A stretch of 64,000 nucleotides of DNA from an uncultured delta proteobacterium (GCA_963772835.1 CAVYYZ010000011.1:32001-96000), one strand, 5' to 3'; counted from the first letter of the stretch, positions 47,525-57,319 are shown. The notes: generated by a model from the sequence alone, not told the origin. Translations and numbers: made by a program.

Positions 47525-47544
47525 TTCAACTATCTGGAGAACCC

Positions 47545-48834
47545 GTGAATTTAATTACCGTACTGCCGGCTGCTTCTGTCAAGGGCGAGATCACCGTTCC
47601 AGGGGATAAATCGATTTCCCATCGTTCCATCATGCTCGGGGCGATTGCTAACGGCATCACAACAGTTCGCGGTTTCCTCCGCGGCGAAGACAATATGTCA
47701 ACCATGCACGCATTCCGTGCCATGGGGGTTGATATCGATGATGATGGCGAAACGATTCGCATAACCGGCCGGGGGCTGCACGGTCTGCGCGAGCCGGGTG
47801 ATGTTCTGGACTGCGGCAACTCCGGTACAACTATCAGGCTGATCACCGGTCTCCTTTCCGGTCAGTCATTCTTCTCGGTTGTCACCGGTGATCAATATCT
47901 TCGAAAACGGCCCATGAAACGGGTGGTAGAGCCGCTTTCACTCATGGGGGCCCGTATTGCTGGCCGCAATGGAGGAACGTTGGCTCCATTGGCAATTACT
48001 GGTGGCTCTTTGAAAGGAATAGAGTATAAAACACCGGTGTCAAGCGCTCAGATCAAGTCATCGATCATGCTGGCGGGCCTGTATGCTGCCGGTGAAACGA
48101 GTGTGAGTGAGCCGAGTCTGTCTCGGGATCATTCAGAGCGTATGTTCAGGCACTTCGGCGCGTCACTGGACATACACGACACCGGCGTGACGGTCCGGGG
48201 CGGGGTTGAGCTGACCGCCCGGGAAGTGACCGTGCCGGGAGACATCTCATCGGCCGCATTTTTTATCGTCGCCGGCCTGATCACCCCGAATTCCGAACTG
48301 TTGATACGGAACGTCGGTGTAAATCCGTCCCGAACCGGTGTGATAGATATTCTACTGGCAATGGGCGGCAACATTCAGCTGCTGGACGAACGTGAGGTTT
48401 CGGGTGAGCCGGTTGCTGATATATTTGTACGTTCTTCCCGGCTCAAAGGAACCAATATTTCCGGCGCTGTTGTTCCCCGGGCTATTGATGAATTCCCGGC
48501 GATCTGCGTCGCAGCGGCACGCGCCGAAGGGGTCACAACTATCAGGGACGCCAGGGAACTGCGGGTAAAAGAGACCGACCGGATAACAGCTATGGCCGTT
48601 AATCTCGGCACGCTGGGCATTATGGTAACCGAGTGCGAAGACGGCATGGATATCACCGGTTCAGATAAGCTGTCCGGCGGGACTGTCGACAGCTGTGGAG
48701 ATCATCGTATCGCCATGTCCCTGTCGATAGCGGCTCTTGTTGCGTCCGGTGCGATCACAGTGACGGATATCGACTGTGTGGCAACATCATTTCCGACCTT
48801 TTTCCCGCTGCTGGAAAAAGTCTCCGTGAAATAG
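47545..48834 (+). CDS. aroA: EPSP synthase
   Basis: PGDKSISHR, GNSGTT.R, SAQIKS, ELRVKETDR, DHRIAM; GTG at 47545 after GGAGA. Confidence 0.96.
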   Translation: MNLITVLPAASVKGEITVPGDKSISHRSIMLGAIANGITTVRGFLRGEDNMSTMHAFRAMGVDIDDDGETIRITGRGLHGLREPGDVLDCGNSGTTIRLITGLLSGQSFFSVVTGDQYLRKRPMKRVVEPLSLMGARIAGRNGGTLAPLAITGGSLKGIEYKTPVSSAQIKSSIMLAGLYAAGETSVSEPSLSRDHSERMFRHFGASLDIHDTGVTVRGGVELTAREVTVPGDISSAAFFIVAGLITPNSELLIRNVGVNPSRTGVIDILLAMGGNIQLLDEREVSGEPVADIFVRSSRLKGTNISGAVVPRAIDEFPAICVAAARAEGVTTIRDARELRVKETDRITAMAVNLGTLGIMVTECEDGMDITGSDKLSGGTVDSCGDHRIAMSLSIAALVASGAITVTDIDCVATSFPTFFPLLEKVSVK

Positions 48835-48837
48835 CCC

Positions 48838-49539
48838 ATGTCCTCACGACCCGATGGAATCGTCATCGCCATAGACGGCCCTTCCGGCGCCGGAAAAAGC
48901 ACGCTTGCCCGTCTGCTGGCCGGGCGTCTCGGCTATATCCAGATCGATACCGGGGCGATGTACCGGGCAGCCGCACTTCTGATTTCACGTGCGGGTATTG
49001 ATCTTGATGACCATGCAGCGCTTGAGGCTTTTTGCAGAAATCTTGTCATACAGCTGGAATTGATATCCGGAAGACAGGTGGTGCGTGCCAACGGAATTGA
49101 TGTTACGGATCAGCTCCGTACCCCGGAAATGTCACTATTGACCTCCCGGACGTCGACTCTCAAGCCGGTTCGGGATGCGTTACTCAAGTCGCAGCAGAAA
49201 ATGGGCAGCCGGGGCGGCGTTGTTCTCGAAGGGCGCGATATCGGCACGGTGGTGTTCCCTGATGCGGAAATAAAATTCTACCTGAACGCATCTGTGGAGG
49301 AGCGCGCCCGGAGACGCTGCGAAGAGCTGGCACTCGTCGGGGAACCGGTAACTCTCGCAGAAACGATTGCCGATGTGGCAAAACGGGACCGGCAGGACTC
49401 CGGGAGAGATATCGCACCACTCCGACAGGCGGACGATGCAATTGCCGTCGATTCATCGCATCTATCAATTGATGAGGTTTTGGCCATGATGATAACGCTG
49501 TGCCGCGAAAAAATAATGACTCCTGAATCTTCGTTATGA
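48838..49539 (+). CDS. cmk: cytidylate kinase
   Basis: AIDGPSGAGKST, DTGAMYR, EGRDIGTVVFP. Confidence 0.96.
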   Translation: MSSRPDGIVIAIDGPSGAGKSTLARLLAGRLGYIQIDTGAMYRAAALLISRAGIDLDDHAALEAFCRNLVIQLELISGRQVVRANGIDVTDQLRTPEMSLLTSRTSTLKPVRDALLKSQQKMGSRGGVVLEGRDIGTVVFPDAEIKFYLNASVEERARRRCEELALVGEPVTLAETIADVAKRDRQDSGRDIAPLRQADDAIAVDSSHLSIDEVLAMMITLCREKIMTPESSL

Positions 49540-50378
49540 AAGTTATCCTTGCCAAACAGGCCGGCTTTTGTTTCGGGGTCAGGCGTGCTACGCAACTGGC
49601 CTTCGCCGCGGCCGGCAAGGATCAGAAAACCTACACCCTCGGGCCGATTATTCATTCTCCACAGGTCGTCGGTAAGCTCGAAGAGTTAGGAGTCCGTGTC
49701 CTTGATTCACTTCACGGCCTCGAATGCGGGACCATAATTATCCGCTCTCACGGTGTCGAGCAGAAAGAGATCACTGAAGCGCAGCAGAAGCACCTTTCTA
49801 TCGTCGATGCAACCTGCCCGTTTGTTAAAAAGGCCCAGGAGCATGTGAAGAGTCTTTCAGATGCCGGGTATGGAGTTGTTGTTGTCGGAGATGCGGACCA
49901 CCCTGAAGTTCAGGGTATTGTTTCCTACGGCGGTGAAAAGGTATTTGTGGTTGCGTCCGGCGAAGATGTCAAAAAACTCCCTAAAATGAAAAAAATCGGG
50001 GTGGTGGCCCAAACGACCCAGTCGTTTGAAAACCTGAAAAACGTTGTGTGTGAATGTTTGCAGCGGGGGGGCGAAATCCGTGTGTACAACACGATCTGTG
50101 ATGCGACTGCAGTCCGGCAGGAAGAGGCAAAAGTGCTGGCCGGCCAGGTTGACTGCATGCTGGTGATCGGCGGCTTTAACAGCGCCAATACCCGGCGGCT
50201 GCTTGAAGTATGTGCCGAGCTGCAGCCGCGCACCTACCACATTGAAACAGCGGCGGAAATTATTCCGGAGTGGTTTGAAGGTGCCGAACAGGTCGGAGTC
50301 ACTGCAGGGGCGTCAACTCCGAAGTGGATTATCGATGAAGTTATGAACAAAATTGAGGAATTGAATAAAAGCGATTGA
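49536..50378 (+). CDS. ispH: HMBPP reductase
   Basis: GFCFGV, DATCP, TICDAT..RQ, TAGASTP. Confidence 0.96.
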   Translation: MKVILAKQAGFCFGVRRATQLAFAAAGKDQKTYTLGPIIHSPQVVGKLEELGVRVLDSLHGLECGTIIIRSHGVEQKEITEAQQKHLSIVDATCPFVKKAQEHVKSLSDAGYGVVVVGDADHPEVQGIVSYGGEKVFVVASGEDVKKLPKMKKIGVVAQTTQSFENLKNVVCECLQRGGEIRVYNTICDATAVRQEEAKVLAGQVDCMLVIGGFNSANTRRLLEVCAELQPRTYHIETAAEIIPEWFEGAEQVGVTAGASTPKWIIDEVMNKIEELNKSD

Positions 50379-50455
50379 AATATTTTGAGCATATTGCTAC
50401 ATTACCAGACTTAATAAAAATAGAAGAACGATAAACGTCCAGGGGGTATGGTGTA

Positions 50456-52189
50456 ATGGTTGATTTTAAAAGGCTTGACGCTGCCGGAGAAGAGAATGAA
50501 GAACTCGACGGCGATCAGCAGAGCAGTGAATTTGCAGCGCTTTTCACTGAAAGTTTAAAAGATCGTCCCGAACGGGATAAAATCATAGAGGGAACTGTTG
50601 TGCGCGTGGATGTTGATACGGTCCTCGTTGATATCGGACTGAAGTCGGAAGGTCATGTGCCAATCGCTGAATTCCGGAATGCTGATGGTGAACTGACGGT
50701 CCAGATCGGCGACAAGATTCGTGTCCTTATGACACGTCAGGACGGAAGAAAAGGATATGTCCTTTCCAAGAAGAAAGCAGATTATCTTTCCGCGTGGGAT
50801 AAGATCGGTGACGCCTGTCAGGAAGGGGGCATTATCGAGGGCACCATTACCGGCAAGGTAAATGGCGGTTTTACCGTCGACATCGGCGGCGTTCAGGCGT
50901 TTCTTCCCTCTTCACAGGTTGATATCCGCCCCTCCTCCGACTCCGACAGCTACACAGGGTTGAAATCGAATTTCAAGGTTATCAAGATAAACCAGCGTCG
51001 TGACAATATCGTGCTCTCCCGCCGCGCCGTACTTGAAGATGAGCGGGCTGCCATCCGCGATGTCACGCTGGAAAAACTTGAGGAAGGACAAATCGTTCAG
51101 GGGATCATTAAAAATGTTACCGATTATGGTGCATTTGTTGATCTCGGCGGCGTTGACGGACTGCTCCATGTTTCCGATCTTTCCTGGGGAAGGGTTGGCA
51201 AACCGGCAGATGTTCTTAAACCGGGTCAGCAGATCACTGCAAAGGTTCTTAAATTTGACCGCGCCAAAGGTAAAATTTCTCTCGGTATCAAGCAGACCCT
51301 TACCGATCCGTGGCTTGACGTGCCTGCAAAATTCCCGATCGGCGAGCGCGTCCACGGCCGGGTGGTCAGCCTGATGGAATACGGTGCGTTTGTTGAGCTG
51401 GAGTCCGGCATTGAGGGTCTGATTCATGTTTCGGAAATGTCGTGGACGAAGCGGGTACGTCGCGCCTCTGACATTCTGAATATCGGTGATGAGGTTGAGA
51501 CGATTGTCCTGGGTATCGACATGGGTAACCGTAAAATTTCTCTGGGCCTCAAGCAGGTCTCCGAAAACCCCTGGGCCACCATTGCTGAAAAATATCCCAC
51601 AGGTACCAGAATCGAAGGCCAGATCAAGAACATGACCGATTTCGGCATGTTTATCGGTATTGAAGATGGTATCGACGGTCTGGTACATGTATCCGATATG
51701 TCGTGGACAAAGCGCATCAAGCATCCGGGTGATGTGTATGAAAAGGGAAGTCTTGTCCAGGCGGTTGTTCTGAAGGTAGATGTCGAAAACGAGCGTCTTT
51801 CTCTCGGTATCAAGCAACTTGCCCCTGATCCATGGAGCCTTGCACCGGGTAAATACCGTGCCAATGTTCTTGTTACCGGTACCGTTACCTCTTTGACCGA
51901 TTTCGGAGTTTTTGTGGAACTGGAAGAGGGCATTGAAGGTCTGATTCACGTCTCAGAACTGTCTCGCGAAAAAGTCGCTTCAGCCAAGGAATTTGCCGCA
52001 GTCGGCGACAAGCTTGAAGCGACTGTGTTAAGCTGCGATCCGAAAGAGCGCCGGATTTCCCTCTCCATCAAATCGATGCATGTAGCGGTTGAAAAGGCGG
52101 AATTTGAGCAGTATATGGGTTCACAGGGAGAGTCAACGTCAACGTTTGGTGATTTGTTGAAACAGAGCCTGAACAACAAAACAAATTAA
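50456..52189 (+). CDS. rpsA: 30S ribosomal protein S1
   Basis: six S1 repeats (YGAFV, GL.HVS..SW, ISLG.KQ). Confidence 0.96.
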   Translation: MVDFKRLDAAGEENEELDGDQQSSEFAALFTESLKDRPERDKIIEGTVVRVDVDTVLVDIGLKSEGHVPIAEFRNADGELTVQIGDKIRVLMTRQDGRKGYVLSKKKADYLSAWDKIGDACQEGGIIEGTITGKVNGGFTVDIGGVQAFLPSSQVDIRPSSDSDSYTGLKSNFKVIKINQRRDNIVLSRRAVLEDERAAIRDVTLEKLEEGQIVQGIIKNVTDYGAFVDLGGVDGLLHVSDLSWGRVGKPADVLKPGQQITAKVLKFDRAKGKISLGIKQTLTDPWLDVPAKFPIGERVHGRVVSLMEYGAFVELESGIEGLIHVSEMSWTKRVRRASDILNIGDEVETIVLGIDMGNRKISLGLKQVSENPWATIAEKYPTGTRIEGQIKNMTDFGMFIGIEDGIDGLVHVSDMSWTKRIKHPGDVYEKGSLVQAVVLKVDVENERLSLGIKQLAPDPWSLAPGKYRANVLVTGTVTSLTDFGVFVELEEGIEGLIHVSELSREKVASAKEFAAVGDKLEATVLSCDPKERRISLSIKSMHVAVEKAEFEQYMGSQGESTSTFGDLLKQSLNNKTN

Positions 52190-52210
52190 ATTTTTGCGAT
52201 AGAGGGACGT

Positions 52211-52489
52211 ATGACCAAAAGTGAACTTATTGAAAAAGTTGTTCAGTCTCACGGGATGTTGAACGTGAAGGTATCGGAAATTATCGTCAATACGGTTTTC
52301 GATTCAATTGAAGAGGCTCTCGTCTCCGGAGACAAAGTAGAAATCCGTGGATTCGGAAGTTTTACCATCCGCGAACGTCTTGGACGTGAGGCGAGAAACC
52401 CGAAAAACGGTGAAGTAGTGAGCATACCTTCAAAGAAGACCCCGTTCTTTAAAACAGGCAAGGATCTAAAAGAACGGGTCAACTGCTAA
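52211..52489 (+). CDS. ihfB: integration host factor beta / HU-family protein
   Basis: MTKSELI, VEIRGFGSF, ARNPK.G, F..GK.LKERVN; follows rpsA. Confidence 0.88.
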   Translation: MTKSELIEKVVQSHGMLNVKVSEIIVNTVFDSIEEALVSGDKVEIRGFGSFTIRERLGREARNPKNGEVVSIPSKKTPFFKTGKDLKERVNC

Positions 52490-52511
52490 TAACCCGTCTG
52501 CTGGCAATTGC

Positions 52512-52598
52512 GCCCGAATGGTGGAACTGGTAGACACAAGGGACTTAAAATCCCTCGGCCGAAATGCTGTGCCGGTTCGATTCCGGCTTCGGGCACCA
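52512..52598 (+). tRNA. tRNA-Leu(TAA)
   Basis: GCCCGAA/TTCGGGC acceptor stem, AGGGA-CTTAAAA-TCCCT anticodon arm, long variable arm, GGTTCGATTCC, encoded CCA. Confidence 0.97.
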
Positions 52599-52601
52599 GT
52601 A

Positions 52602-52641
52602 AAAACAAGGACTTAGTCGCTATTGACTAGGTCCTTGTTTT
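52602..52641 (+). terminator. hairpin immediately downstream of tRNA-Leu
   Basis: AAAACAAGGACTTAGTC/GACTAGGTCCTTGTTTT. Confidence 0.75.
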
Positions 52642-52657
52642 GTTGTATAGTTCATTG

Positions 52658-52773
52658 CAGGACATTTGTGGGACAGTTGAGTGCGAAACATAGCCAAAGT
52701 TGGCGATAAGTATTTGACGTAAAAACAGCATAAAATAGGCTTCTGTAATTTTTTTTGTCCCTGTGTTGTCCCA
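52658..52773. repeat. two inverted pairs of 7-bp repeats resembling tyrosine-integrase arm sites
   Basis: CAGGACA/TGGGACA (52658, 52669) and TGTCCCT/TGTCCCA (52756, 52767), both pairs with an 11-bp period. Confidence 0.55.
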
Positions 52774-53019
52774 TACATCAGGGGGCGCTCTGTTCTACAG
52801 GTGCCACCCAGATTCGTTGTTTCCCATTTAATTAACTCAGTTGTGTCCGACGGCTGTGAGCACAGCGGGATCTCCGCTGCTGCGCTAAATTGGAAATTAT
52901 TTTCTCTCGCTCAATCCACAACTTCACCAGCTTCCACTCATTTGAATCTTAATTTGCCCGTAGGGATTGAGTTTTTAGCTTGCTTACATGCAGCTGAGAA
53001 AAGGCCTATTTCCTCGGAG

Positions 53020-53592
53020 GTTAGCGCTTTAACTTTTTCTGGCTGTGCGTCGATCATCAGTAGTGGCTCTCAAGAAGTTTCATTCAAGTCAGAGCCAGAA
53101 GGCGCTCTCATTGTGATTGGTGGCCGTGAAATGGGCAGAACTCCAATGACTTCAAAAATTGATCGTAAGTCCGGTCAGGTAGTTTCTTTTAGGCTTGATG
53201 GCTATAAAACACAGGAAATGCCACTCGCATCCACTGTGAACGGATGGTTCTTTGGTAATATTATTTTTGGAGGGCTATTCGGATCAACAACTGACAGCGC
53301 TACAGGTGCTATAAATGAATATTCACCTAGCTTTTACAATGTCACATTAAGTCCCATCAAATCATCAAGTGTCATTCCTGTTGATGAAGTTAAAACCTAT
53401 GTTATTGCAAACTACAAAAGCATTTATGAAGAACTGAACACCACGTCCGGTCAATATGTTAAATCACTTTGGACATTACTCAATATAACGATTGATAAAC
53501 AGCCTGAGGCACTTGAAAAGTTGAAGAAGCTCAGTGAAACAAATATGGATATCATTGAATTTGCAAAAAAAGTATCAGCTCAATTTAGCTGA
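53020..53592 (+). pseudogene. PEGA-like lipoprotein with DUF3015-like C-terminus, 5' end apparently lost
   Basis: LTFSGC lipobox (Cys at 53044) then ASIISSGSQEV...SEP.GA and GNI.FGGL.G..TD.ATGA; the preceding 80 codons of ORF 52801 give no signal peptide or RBS. Confidence 0.6.
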
Positions 53593-53605
53593 TCTGAGAT
53601 ACAGA

Positions 53606-55510
53606 ATGGTTTGTTTTAAAAGGGTATACAGGGTCGTAATCGGAGCTGTATGCCCTCTTTTTATGTTGTTTGCCTATTTGTCTTGCCCTTTTGCCGCCGA
53701 GGCGGCTGGAGCTGATGTTTGGATAGCAAAAGCAAAAACAATGAATCTCGCCAGTTCTCGATATTGGCAGGTTTTAGGTCACTACAAACCTCACCACAGT
53801 AGTTGGAAAAGCCTTGTAAGCGACCCCCGTTTTTTCCTCACTACTGACGGTAGGGAAAATCCGGAAAGTGAGTTGAATGCCGCTGTCCTTGGATTGTTCG
53901 AACCCGCACAACCAGGACATATGGCCTGTCGTTTCCCTGCAAGAGCTGAATGGCTTACAAAAACGCTTCAAATCCCAGCCACTGATCTACCTGTCGTTTC
54001 TTGCGATGCTAATAAAGTCGTTATGGATCGAATAGCTCCATACGAGGCTGTGCTTGTTTTCCCATCCGCTGCAATTCAAGGATTAGGCGCCATGTTCGGG
54101 CACACCTTAGTAAGAATGGATGCTAAAGACCGGAGCCCATTACTTTCGTACGCTGTTAACTATTCGGCTTTAATTGAAGGATCTGGCGCTCTGCAATATA
54201 TACGAAAGGGGCTTGCCGGTGGATTTAACGGGTACTTTGAACTAAAGCCCTATTATAACAAACTCAACGAATATAAGGAAATGGAAGAGCGAGATATTTG
54301 GGAATATCGTCTTAAACTTAATCCAGAAGAAGTTCATATGATGGCTTTGCACGCTCTTGAATTGCGCGACATCCCTTCTGACTATTACTTTTTGGATGAG
54401 AACTGTTCGCTGAATATCCTTTTTTTGATTGAAGCGGCTAGGCCTTCACTTCACCTTGTCGAGCATTATTGGGATAATGCCACATTTTGGGTCATACCGT
54501 CTGACACTGTCGGATACCTTTGGTCAATAGGGGTTCTTCAGAAGCCGGAGTATCGTCCTTCATTGGCCAGACAAATCAATTTCCTGTCAAAAGAGGCCGA
54601 TCCTAGCGTGATAACCGAGGCTGCCAGGTTAGTTGACCATCAAAAACCAGACGGGAACCTCGGGCTCAAAGATCCTACATCCAGCGAAGAGGCCAATTCA
54701 AGAGAACTCGCCGCAAAAATAATTCAATATCGTTTTTCCAAGTTGCAGATGACCCAAGAGGATTACCAACTGCAGTACGCTTCGCTGGTGAGAGGTAAAC
54801 AAGTTCCCGTCTCATTCATTCCTGCACCTGTCCCACCACATGAGGGGCACTCTGCCGGTCGGATTGAGGCCGAAATAGGATATGTAAAAGATCAGCCGTT
54901 TGTTGATTTAGGCTGGCGGCCAGCGTATCACGATATAACAGATCTCGGGACTGGTTATCCAGATGGAGGGACTCTCAGCTTTATTGACTTAAAGGGTCGT
55001 TATTACCTGGCAACAGAACATCTTCAACTACAAAATGCGGAATTGCTCGGTTTTGGTTCACTATCTCCTACTAATACCTTTTCCAAACCAGTCTCTTGGT
55101 CATTCCACACTGGTGTCTCACAAATGTATTTACATGACGGCAAGGAACATCTTACTGGATATTTAAATACAGGTGCTGGGCAGTCGTACAGCAATACCAC
55201 TATCGGACTTGCGTATTGGCTTATTAAGGGTAAGGTTATAGCTGGTGGGGGGGTAAAAGGGAACGTTGATTTCGGTCCAGGAGTGGAACTTGGTGTGGTC
55301 CGCAGGTTCGGCGATGAAACGCAGCTATCTTTCAGGGCTGAATCAGTTTACCTGAGTGTGAGTGAACATGATTTTTCGAGCTGGTTTTCTGCTGATTTTA
55401 TCCAAAAATTAAGCCAAAATAACAGTATCGCAATTAGCGAAACAATACATGCCATTGGATGGAACCGATATGTCCCGGAAACTTTTCTTAAATGGCAGAG
55501 ATACTTCTGA
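53606..55510 (+). CDS. DUF4105 (Lnb N-terminal-like) domain protein with probable C-terminal beta-barrel
   Basis: signal peptide, CRFPAR, MFGHT, E.RDIWEY.L, YYFLDENCS, RPAYHD, terminal WQRYF. Confidence 0.85.
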   Translation: MVCFKRVYRVVIGAVCPLFMLFAYLSCPFAAEAAGADVWIAKAKTMNLASSRYWQVLGHYKPHHSSWKSLVSDPRFFLTTDGRENPESELNAAVLGLFEPAQPGHMACRFPARAEWLTKTLQIPATDLPVVSCDANKVVMDRIAPYEAVLVFPSAAIQGLGAMFGHTLVRMDAKDRSPLLSYAVNYSALIEGSGALQYIRKGLAGGFNGYFELKPYYNKLNEYKEMEERDIWEYRLKLNPEEVHMMALHALELRDIPSDYYFLDENCSLNILFLIEAARPSLHLVEHYWDNATFWVIPSDTVGYLWSIGVLQKPEYRPSLARQINFLSKEADPSVITEAARLVDHQKPDGNLGLKDPTSSEEANSRELAAKIIQYRFSKLQMTQEDYQLQYASLVRGKQVPVSFIPAPVPPHEGHSAGRIEAEIGYVKDQPFVDLGWRPAYHDITDLGTGYPDGGTLSFIDLKGRYYLATEHLQLQNAELLGFGSLSPTNTFSKPVSWSFHTGVSQMYLHDGKEHLTGYLNTGAGQSYSNTTIGLAYWLIKGKVIAGGGVKGNVDFGPGVELGVVRRFGDETQLSFRAESVYLSVSEHDFSSWFSADFIQKLSQNNSIAISETIHAIGWNRYVPETFLKWQRYF

Positions 55511-56449
55511 TCCAACTTCAATTACTAGATTAGCAATATTGTTGCTTCTTCTGGCACTCATGGTCATTGTTAACGGGTGTGACCTCTTCCTTTTTCATCC
55601 TTCCAAAGTATTTTTAGCAAATAGTACCGTCCAAAAGGCAGACCCTAAAGATATATTTTTATAATATCAAGTTGTTATGCTAATTTAAGCGGAACCAGTC
55701 ATGTTGGCGTGCTATAAGCCCGACAGACTCCTAGCGGAGATGGCGAGATACTGCATGGTTGGCTTTTTAGGGCTGTGGAGCCAAAAGGGTCTGTCCTAGT
55801 TTTTCATGGCAACGCCGAAAACATAACCACTCACATCAATCGAGTATTGTGGCTTGTACCAGAAGGTTTCAACGTGTTCATCATGGATTACCGAGGTTAT
55901 GGAATTTCCACTGGGAGCCCAGATCTAAGGGGGATTCACCGGGACGGACTGGCTGCATTTGAATATTTACTTACCATACCAGGAATTGATGCTGACAGGA
56001 TTGCATTGCTTGGTCAGAGTATTGGCGGATCGGTGGCAACATATGTGGCAGCCACAGCACCTCATCGTGAAAAAGTCAGGTTGTTGGTACTCGATAGCTC
56101 CATTTATGGTTATCAGTTAATTGCAAAAGACAAATTTGCCGCCTTTTTCCTCACATGGCCATTCCAGTATCCACTTTCGATGTTATTAAATGATGACTAC
56201 AGTCCTAGCAAATGGATTGCGAAGGTTACAACCCCGGTTATTGTGATGAACGACTCCAAAGATCTAGTTGTCCCACCTTATCACAGCGAACAACTATACA
56301 GCGACATTCTGTCACCGAAAGAAATTTGGACAACCAATGGATCAGGACACATAAGCTCAATGGCTAACGACAGTATTCGTAAATCTTTGGTGGTGCGGTT
56401 GCTGGCTAGTTTTGATCATATAGAAACACGTCAGTCAGTGCACAAATGA
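55470..56449 (+). pseudogene. lipoprotein alpha/beta hydrolase split by an insertion of about 68 bp
   Basis: 5' part LLLLLALMVIVNGC-DLFLFHP...KDIF stops at 55664; the reading resumes in another frame as PSGDGEILHGW...FHGNAENI, DYRGYG, GQSIGG. Confidence 0.8.
55661..55734. mobile_element. probable IS terminal remnant ending in CTAG
   Basis: foreign segment inside the hydrolase gene ending TAAGCCCGACAGACTCCTAG; no transposase or matching opposite end seen. Confidence 0.5.
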
Positions 56450-56844
56450 CAACTTCTGAGTTCCACGTATCAACTACCTGGCGGACACAAATTGTCTCCA
56501 TAACTTCAAAAATAGCCACCATCATTGCAGATAATAATTGGAAGGACGAGGTCATAACTCTTTTTGTTCCGCATACCACAGCCGGGGTGACTATCAACGA
56601 GAACGCAGACCCCGATGTAGCAAGGGATATGGAGTCTTTCAGTGATGAACTGGTTCCGCAGAGCAATCGTTTCCATCACAGCGAAGGCAACTCGGATGCT
56701 CACAACAAGGCAAGTTTTTATGGTTCGTCGGTACAGGTAATCGTGCGGAACGGTAAAATGTGGCTGGGGACCTGGCAAGGGATATATTTCTGTGAGTTTG
56801 ATGGACTGCGGGAACGAAATATGTATTTGGCTTTTACTTCGTGA
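56446..56844 (+). CDS. yjbQ: YjbQ/UPF0047 family protein
   Basis: PHTTAGVTINENADPDV, GNSDAH, LGTWQGIYFCEFDG. Confidence 0.9.
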   Translation: MTTSEFHVSTTWRTQIVSITSKIATIIADNNWKDEVITLFVPHTTAGVTINENADPDVARDMESFSDELVPQSNRFHHSEGNSDAHNKASFYGSSVQVIVRNGKMWLGTWQGIYFCEFDGLRERNMYLAFTS

Positions 56845-56974
56845 TATTCATATGAGGTCCATCCCAAAACTACTTCGCTCAAAACTAGAGATTACCGGCT
56901 TGTGTGGGGATAAGCAATTAGTTTACTTATTGTCCTGACTAAGTAGTACTATGGTAAGTTAAGGAGTAAACCAC

Positions 56975-57319
56975 ATGAAAAGCGATAAACATGATTTCAG
57001 AAAAAAAACTGATTCACATTGTCTCCTGATGGGACTTGACGGAGTGACCTATCAGGCACTGCTTGGTGATTTGTCCGTAACCGGAGCATTGATCACGTTG
57101 AGTGAAAAAGCTCCAAATGGGCTGAACATCGGTGAAATGTGCGGTCTCATGTTAAGTGACAATCCCAAACTGAGTTCTGCAAAGTATACGGGGAGGATTG
57201 TTACACTTGATTCTGACAGTGTGGGAATCAGCTTTAACCATCAGGAACATCAGCACCAGAAACACAAATATTCCCCCAAAGAGAAGGCAGTGCAAATAAA
57301 AAGTCTGCCAGGTCATTAA
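56975..57319 (+). CDS. PilZ-domain protein with degenerate RxxxR
   Basis: DLSVTG (DxSxxG) and terminal G..F; KHDFR in place of RxxxR; AAGGAG RBS. Confidence 0.7.
   Translation: MKSDKHDFRKKTDSHCLLMGLDGVTYQALLGDLSVTGALITLSEKAPNGLNIGEMCGLMLSDNPKLSSAKYTGRIVTLDSDSVGISFNHQEHQHQKHKYSPKEKAVQIKSLPGH

Noticed and set aside
47155..47544. 130-aa N-terminal extension of AroA in the ORF track
   Set aside because: Overlaps tyrA in another frame; similarity and an RBS support the GTG at 47545. The same applies to the extensions on korB, korC, aroK, trpG and the first TPM gene.
50912..51949. 345-aa ORF antisense to rpsA (and similar shadows over icd, korB, accC and mdh)
   Set aside because: Fully overlaps conserved genes on the opposite strand and has no recognisable motifs; typical of codon-bias shadow ORFs.
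52830..53026. Possible integron attC site or gene remnant before the PEGA gene
   Set aside because: TAAC and GTTAG ends are present but without convincing internal complementarity; the minus-strand reading has stops and no recognisable family.
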